From an uncultured Bacteroidales bacterium (lineage in GTDB: Bacteria > Bacteroidota > Bacteroidia > Bacteroidales > Paludibacteraceae), in assembly GCA_902799705.1 (NCBI GenBank), contig CADCBP010000002.1:28181-92180 (forward strand): a stretch of 64,000 nt of DNA. Direction: 5' to 3'. The notes under the pieces were generated by a model. It worked only from the letters and a program-made list of their open reading frames with translations, did not search any database and was not told the DNA's origin. This document shows positions 61,872 to 64,000 of this stretch, one piece after another. The stretch's first letter is position 1. Each line of letters starts with the position of its first letter. Position numbers and translations under genes: made by a program.

Positions 61872-63911
61872 TTACCAAATAGAAACTCGGTTTTCAGGTG
61901 CGATATACAGCGGGCTCTCCGGAGTCACGTTCCATGCCTCATACCATGCGCCGATCTGCGGCAGCGCGCCGTTGACGCGCCAGCGGCCCAGGGAGTGAGG
62001 ATCGCTCTTCGTGCGGTTCAGGATCTCTTCCGGACGGATATTGCCTGCCCATACATTAGCGTAAGCCAGGAAGAAACGCTGCTGCGGCGTGAAGCCGTCA
62101 CGGGTCTGCAGACGCTCTGACTCCGGCTTCGACTCCTCGTTGAGTGTGAATGCTAAGAACGATACTTGCAGACCGCCGTGGTCAGCGATGTTCTCGCCGA
62201 GCGTGAATGCACCGTTGGCATGTACGCCCGGAGCTACCTCGATCTTGTTGAACGCCTCTTCCATCACTTTCGTGCGCGCATCGAAAGCCGCTTTGTCTTC
62301 GGCTGTCCACCAGTTGACCATGTTGCCGTCTTTGTCGAACTGGCAACCCTGATCGTCGAATCCGTGAGTCATCTCATGACCGATCACAACGCCGATGGCG
62401 CCGTAGTTGAACGCATCGTCCGCATTCATGTCAAAGAACGGATACTGGAGAATTCCGGCGGGGAAGCAGATCTCGTTGCTCGAGGGGTTATAGTAAGCGT
62501 TCACCGTCTGCGGCGTCATGTACCATTTTTTCTTGTCCACCGGCTTGCCGAGGAAACTCAGGCTATAGTCCAACTCAAAACGCGCTGCGCGCTGGAGGTT
62601 GGCATAGTAGGTGTCTTCCGGGTTAATCTCTAATTTGCTGTAGTCGCGCCATTCGTCCGGATAACCGATCTTGATGGTCATCGCGTTCAGTTTCTCGAGC
62701 GCTTTGTCTTTCGTCTCGCGGGACATCCAGGCTAAGTTCTCGATACGGATACCGAGGGCTTTCTGCAGGTTCTTCACGAGCGCCAACATACGCTCTTTGT
62801 TCTCCTCGGGGAAGTATTTCTTTACGTACATCTGACCTACTGCCTCGCCGAGCGTACCGTTCACGGTACCTACCGCGCGTTTCCACAGCGGACTCGGTTC
62901 TTCGCGACCGGACAGCACGCGACCGTAGAAATCGAACGAAGCCATGTATATCTCTGTCGTCAGATACGAAGCCGCACCATCGATTACCTGCCATGTGAAC
63001 AGGGTCTTCAGGTCCTCAAGCGGTTCCTCGTCTAACATACGACCGGCTTCCTGCAAATGCGGGATCTGTCCGATAGAGAGGCTGTCGAGATCATGGATAC
63101 CGGCTGCCTCGAAATAGACTTTCCAATCCACTTGCGGAACGAGTTGCTGCAACTCATCCACGCTCATCTTGTTATAGTTCGCCTGCGGGTCGCGTAACTC
63201 TACGTTGCTGTACGCTGCCTTCGCCAGACGCGTCTCAAGACGCAAAACCGTCTGCGCTTTGTCCGCTGCATTCTCAAATCCGAAGAGACCGAACAGTTTC
63301 TCTACATACGCTACGTATGCATCGCGGATCTTCTTGGTTTGCTCGTCTTCATCGAGGTAATATTCTTTCTCGCCCAAAGCGAATCCGGCTTGGTATTCGT
63401 TGAGAATATTCATCGAACTGTTCATCGCGTCGGCATCGACATACATCGCCCAGAGCTGGAAATCCATTGCTCCGCCGAGCACCTTGCTCAACTCCGAACG
63501 GGTGCCGATTCCTTCGATTTCATCGAGGATTTTCTGTACAGGAGCAATACCTTCTGCATCGCGGCGTGCGGTATCCATAGCGAGATTGTACATGTCGCCG
63601 ATCTTCTGCTCCACGGAGCCTTCTTTCACCTTTAACCTTTCACCTTTCACCTCTTCTGCAATCTCCTGAATCAAACCGTTCACTTGCTCGAGGTTCTGCA
63701 ATCCGAGTTTGTCGAACGATCCGAAACGACTGTATTCCGGTGTCAGAGGGTTATTGGCCATCCATCCGCCACAGGCGAACTGATAGAAGTCGTTTTGTGC
63801 CACGGCGGTGGTATCTAAGTTGTTGAGATCGATACCTGTCGTCTGTTGTTTGGTTGTACATGCTGTTGTCATCATTGCAATCGCTGCAAGCGTAAAAATA
63901 ATTTTTTTCAT
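61872..63911 (-). CDS. pepO: M13-family metalloendopeptidase (PepO / endothelin-converting-enzyme-like), lipoprotein
   Basis: 679 aa. Lipobox MMTTAC, Zn motif VIGHEMTHGFD, ENIADHGG, and a C-terminal W. Confidence 0.92.
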   Translation of the reverse strand: MKKIIFTLAAIAMMTTACTTKQQTTGIDLNNLDTTAVAQNDFYQFACGGWMANNPLTPEYSRFGSFDKLGLQNLEQVNGLIQEIAEEVKGERLKVKEGSVEQKIGDMYNLAMDTARRDAEGIAPVQKILDEIEGIGTRSELSKVLGGAMDFQLWAMYVDADAMNSSMNILNEYQAGFALGEKEYYLDEDEQTKKIRDAYVAYVEKLFGLFGFENAADKAQTVLRLETRLAKAAYSNVELRDPQANYNKMSVDELQQLVPQVDWKVYFEAAGIHDLDSLSIGQIPHLQEAGRMLDEEPLEDLKTLFTWQVIDGAASYLTTEIYMASFDFYGRVLSGREEPSPLWKRAVGTVNGTLGEAVGQMYVKKYFPEENKERMLALVKNLQKALGIRIENLAWMSRETKDKALEKLNAMTIKIGYPDEWRDYSKLEINPEDTYYANLQRAARFELDYSLSFLGKPVDKKKWYMTPQTVNAYYNPSSNEICFPAGILQYPFFDMNADDAFNYGAIGVVIGHEMTHGFDDQGCQFDKDGNMVNWWTAEDKAAFDARTKVMEEAFNKIEVAPGVHANGAFTLGENIADHGGLQVSFLAFTLNEESKPESERLQTRDGFTPQQRFFLAYANVWAGNIRPEEILNRTKSDPHSLGRWRVNGALPQIGAWYEAWNVTPESPLYIAPENRVSIW
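63624..63651. repeat. tandem heptamer repeat TTTCACC TTTAACC TTTCACC TTTCACC inside pepO
   Basis: Read directly. The minus strand (GGTGAAA family) encodes VKGERLKVK in frame. Confidence 0.9.
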
Positions 63912-63969
63912 ATAGTTGAATATTTGCTTTCTTTATGCCGAAGTGTTACTCCGCACACTTTTGCCGCTG

Positions 63970-63977
63970 CAAAAGTA
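63970..63977 (-). promoter_or_regulatory. -7 box TACTTTTG upstream of pepO
   Basis: The reverse complement of caaaagta lies about 60 nt upstream of the pepO ATG at 63911. Confidence 0.5.
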
Positions 63978-64000
63978 CTACAAATTTTTCAAATACACAA

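Noticed and set aside
5914-63651. The short tandem repeats as CRISPR arrays, or as sequencing or adapter artefacts
   Set aside because: Units are 7-18 nt with no unique spacers and there are no cas genes, so they are not CRISPR. They differ in sequence from locus to locus, preserve reading frames inside essential genes and provide functional stops and starts, which argues against artefact. Read-level support still needs checking.

Overview
This is a chromosomal segment from a Bacteroidota, probably Bacteroidales. That placement is inferred from TAnnTTTG -7 promoter boxes ahead of many genes, a PorX-type T9SS regulator, T9SS C-terminal sorting tails, a GT3 glycogen synthase and abundant lipoproteins. 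Most of the window is densely packed housekeeping DNA: proS, tRNA-Pro, topA, recJ, tdk, priA, smpB, gpmI, rluD, adk, obg, pckA, miaA, ileS and others. Three things stand out. (1) An AT-rich accessory islet of about 11 kb (about 11.7-22.9 kb) has no integrase. It carries a membrane-anchored TPR/LuxR-type regulator, a cluster of T9SS-tailed secreted proteins including an S8 protease, a two-gene cassette resembling the Kiwa anti-phage system (multi-TM protein plus DUF4868-like protein), and an AbiEi antitoxin gene with only a stub of its AbiEii toxin. (2) More than 20 short-period tandem repeats (period 7, 8, 11, 14 or 18 nt) are dispersed through the window. They either span stop-to-start gene junctions exactly or sit in frame inside conserved genes (ileS, porX, rluD, tsaC, pepO, asmA-like). 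I cannot explain this from known feature classes, and it is my best candidate for something undescribed. (3) A TPP riboswitch controls a TonB-dependent receptor. No CRISPR array, rRNA, transposase or integrase was seen. All calls come from reading the sequence and ORF track by eye; no searches were run.
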